DNA of 64,000 nucleotides from NCBI GenBank assembly GCA_021734105.1, contig JAIPJP010000002.1, forward strand, positions 582 through 64,581, read 5' to 3'. The notes under the pieces are model-generated. The model had not been told where the DNA came from and searched no databases. It worked only from the letters and a program-made list of their open reading frames with translations. The DNA is from Candidatus Woesearchaeota archaeon. GTDB lineage: Archaea > Nanobdellota > Nanobdellia > Woesearchaeales > SKGA01. The position numbers and the translations under genes were made by a program. Positions 63,545-64,000 of the stretch are shown here, piece by piece (the first letter of the stretch is position 1; each line of letters starts with the position of its first letter).

Positions 63545-64000
63545 TTAAGTGAATGTTTTTAATGTTGTTTGTCTTTTTTTGTTGAGAAGTTCTTTTGTTG
63601 TCTTCCATTCGAGACGCACAAATTCATATTCTTTAAGTTTGTTGAAATTCTCATAAAGACAATGAATAGTATTTGCGTCTGCTGGATAACCAGAACCTAA
63701 TCGGAGATTGAGTTTTTTAGCCATTTTTTCTATAGCTTTATCACGAGTAACTTTAGCAAGAATTGATGCAGCAGCAACTTGTGCGTGGTTTAAGTCTGCT
63801 TTATACTCTGCAAGAATAGGAATTGCGCTAGCAGGAAAAGAAAGCTGACTTCGCACTTTTGCAACATAATCCTCTTTATTCTTACTTGGCAGATCAAGAA
63901 TTATTTTTTGTACGCTAACTTTTTGAATAAGTCGTTTAATAAGTTTGCCAGAGGTGAATGCTTCTAAATCATTAAGTGAAGAATGAGGATTACTAATTGA
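63545..64000 (-). CDS. rnhB: Ribonuclease HII, C-terminal part (gene continues beyond the window end)
   Basis: In-frame translation from the window edge gives ...SNPHSS...DYVAKVRSQLSFPASAIPILAEYKADLNHAQVAAASILAKVTRD..., matching the RNase HII C-terminal conserved region. The M at 63856 in the track is an internal GTG, not the real start. Confidence 0.75.
   Translation of the reverse strand, partial: SISNPHSSLNDLEAFTSGKLIKRLIQKVSVQKIILDLPSKNKEDYVAKVRSQLSFPASAIPILAEYKADLNHAQVAAASILAKVTRDKAIEKMAKKLNLRLGSGYPADANTIHCLYENFNKLKEYEFVRLEWKTTKELLNKKRQTTLKTFT

Noticed and set aside
63545-63856. Treating the track ORF 63545–63856 (M start) as the complete RNase HII gene
   Set aside because: The annotated M is an internal GTG. 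The frame stays open to the window edge, and a 103-aa product would lack the RNase HII catalytic N-terminal half. Annotated as a partial gene running off the window.
1-64000. rRNA genes, additional tRNAs, RNase P RNA / SRP RNA
   Set aside because: No rRNA-like conserved stretches were found. Scanning for T-arm GGTTCGAATCC / GGATTCGAACC words found only the single tRNA-Arg locus. Long intergenic regions (17.5 kb, 27.5 kb, 60.5 kb) are AT-rich without recognisable RNase P or SRP conserved motifs.

Overview
This 64-kb window looks like an AT-rich archaeal chromosome segment. The gene content points to a DPANN-type (Woese-/Pace-/Nanoarchaeota-like) genome, but that is inference from the following marker genes, not a database hit. 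It carries archaeal GatD/GatE, RNase P protein Rpp21, the Bud32 kinase, a CDC48 AAA ATPase, deoxyhypusine synthase, archaeal TruD, adenylate kinase, RNase HII, and an XPD/Rad3 helicase interrupted by a large LAGLIDADG intein. There is also one tRNA-Arg(CCU) carrying a non-canonical intron, and a recurring TTTATAAATGA archaeal TATA-type promoter motif.

Three regions stand out:
- **Cell-surface locus (25.6–54.1 kb).** It is built around a single uninterrupted 22.6-kb ORF encoding a 7,549-aa predicted glycoprotein. That protein has six DUF2341-like/LamG-like modules, a CARDB-like domain, Ig-like tandem repeats, hundreds of N-x-S/T sequons and several internal duplications. Two distantly paralogous membrane-anchored surface proteins flank it, and two small secreted paralogs follow it.
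- **Putative integrated element (9.1–14.0 kb).** An AT-rich block of small hypothetical genes includes a P-loop (SF3-helicase-like) replication-type protein. Three tandem hairpin-forming repeats bound it on the left, and a 5'-truncated two-HKD phospholipase-D-family gene bounds it on the right.
- **Operon at 2.3–4.3 kb.** Two tandem 168-aa paralogs are translationally coupled to bud32.

All coordinates I derived by hand (tRNA, intein, small ORF, repeats, promoters) are approximate to about ±2 nt. ORF-track coordinates are used unchanged.
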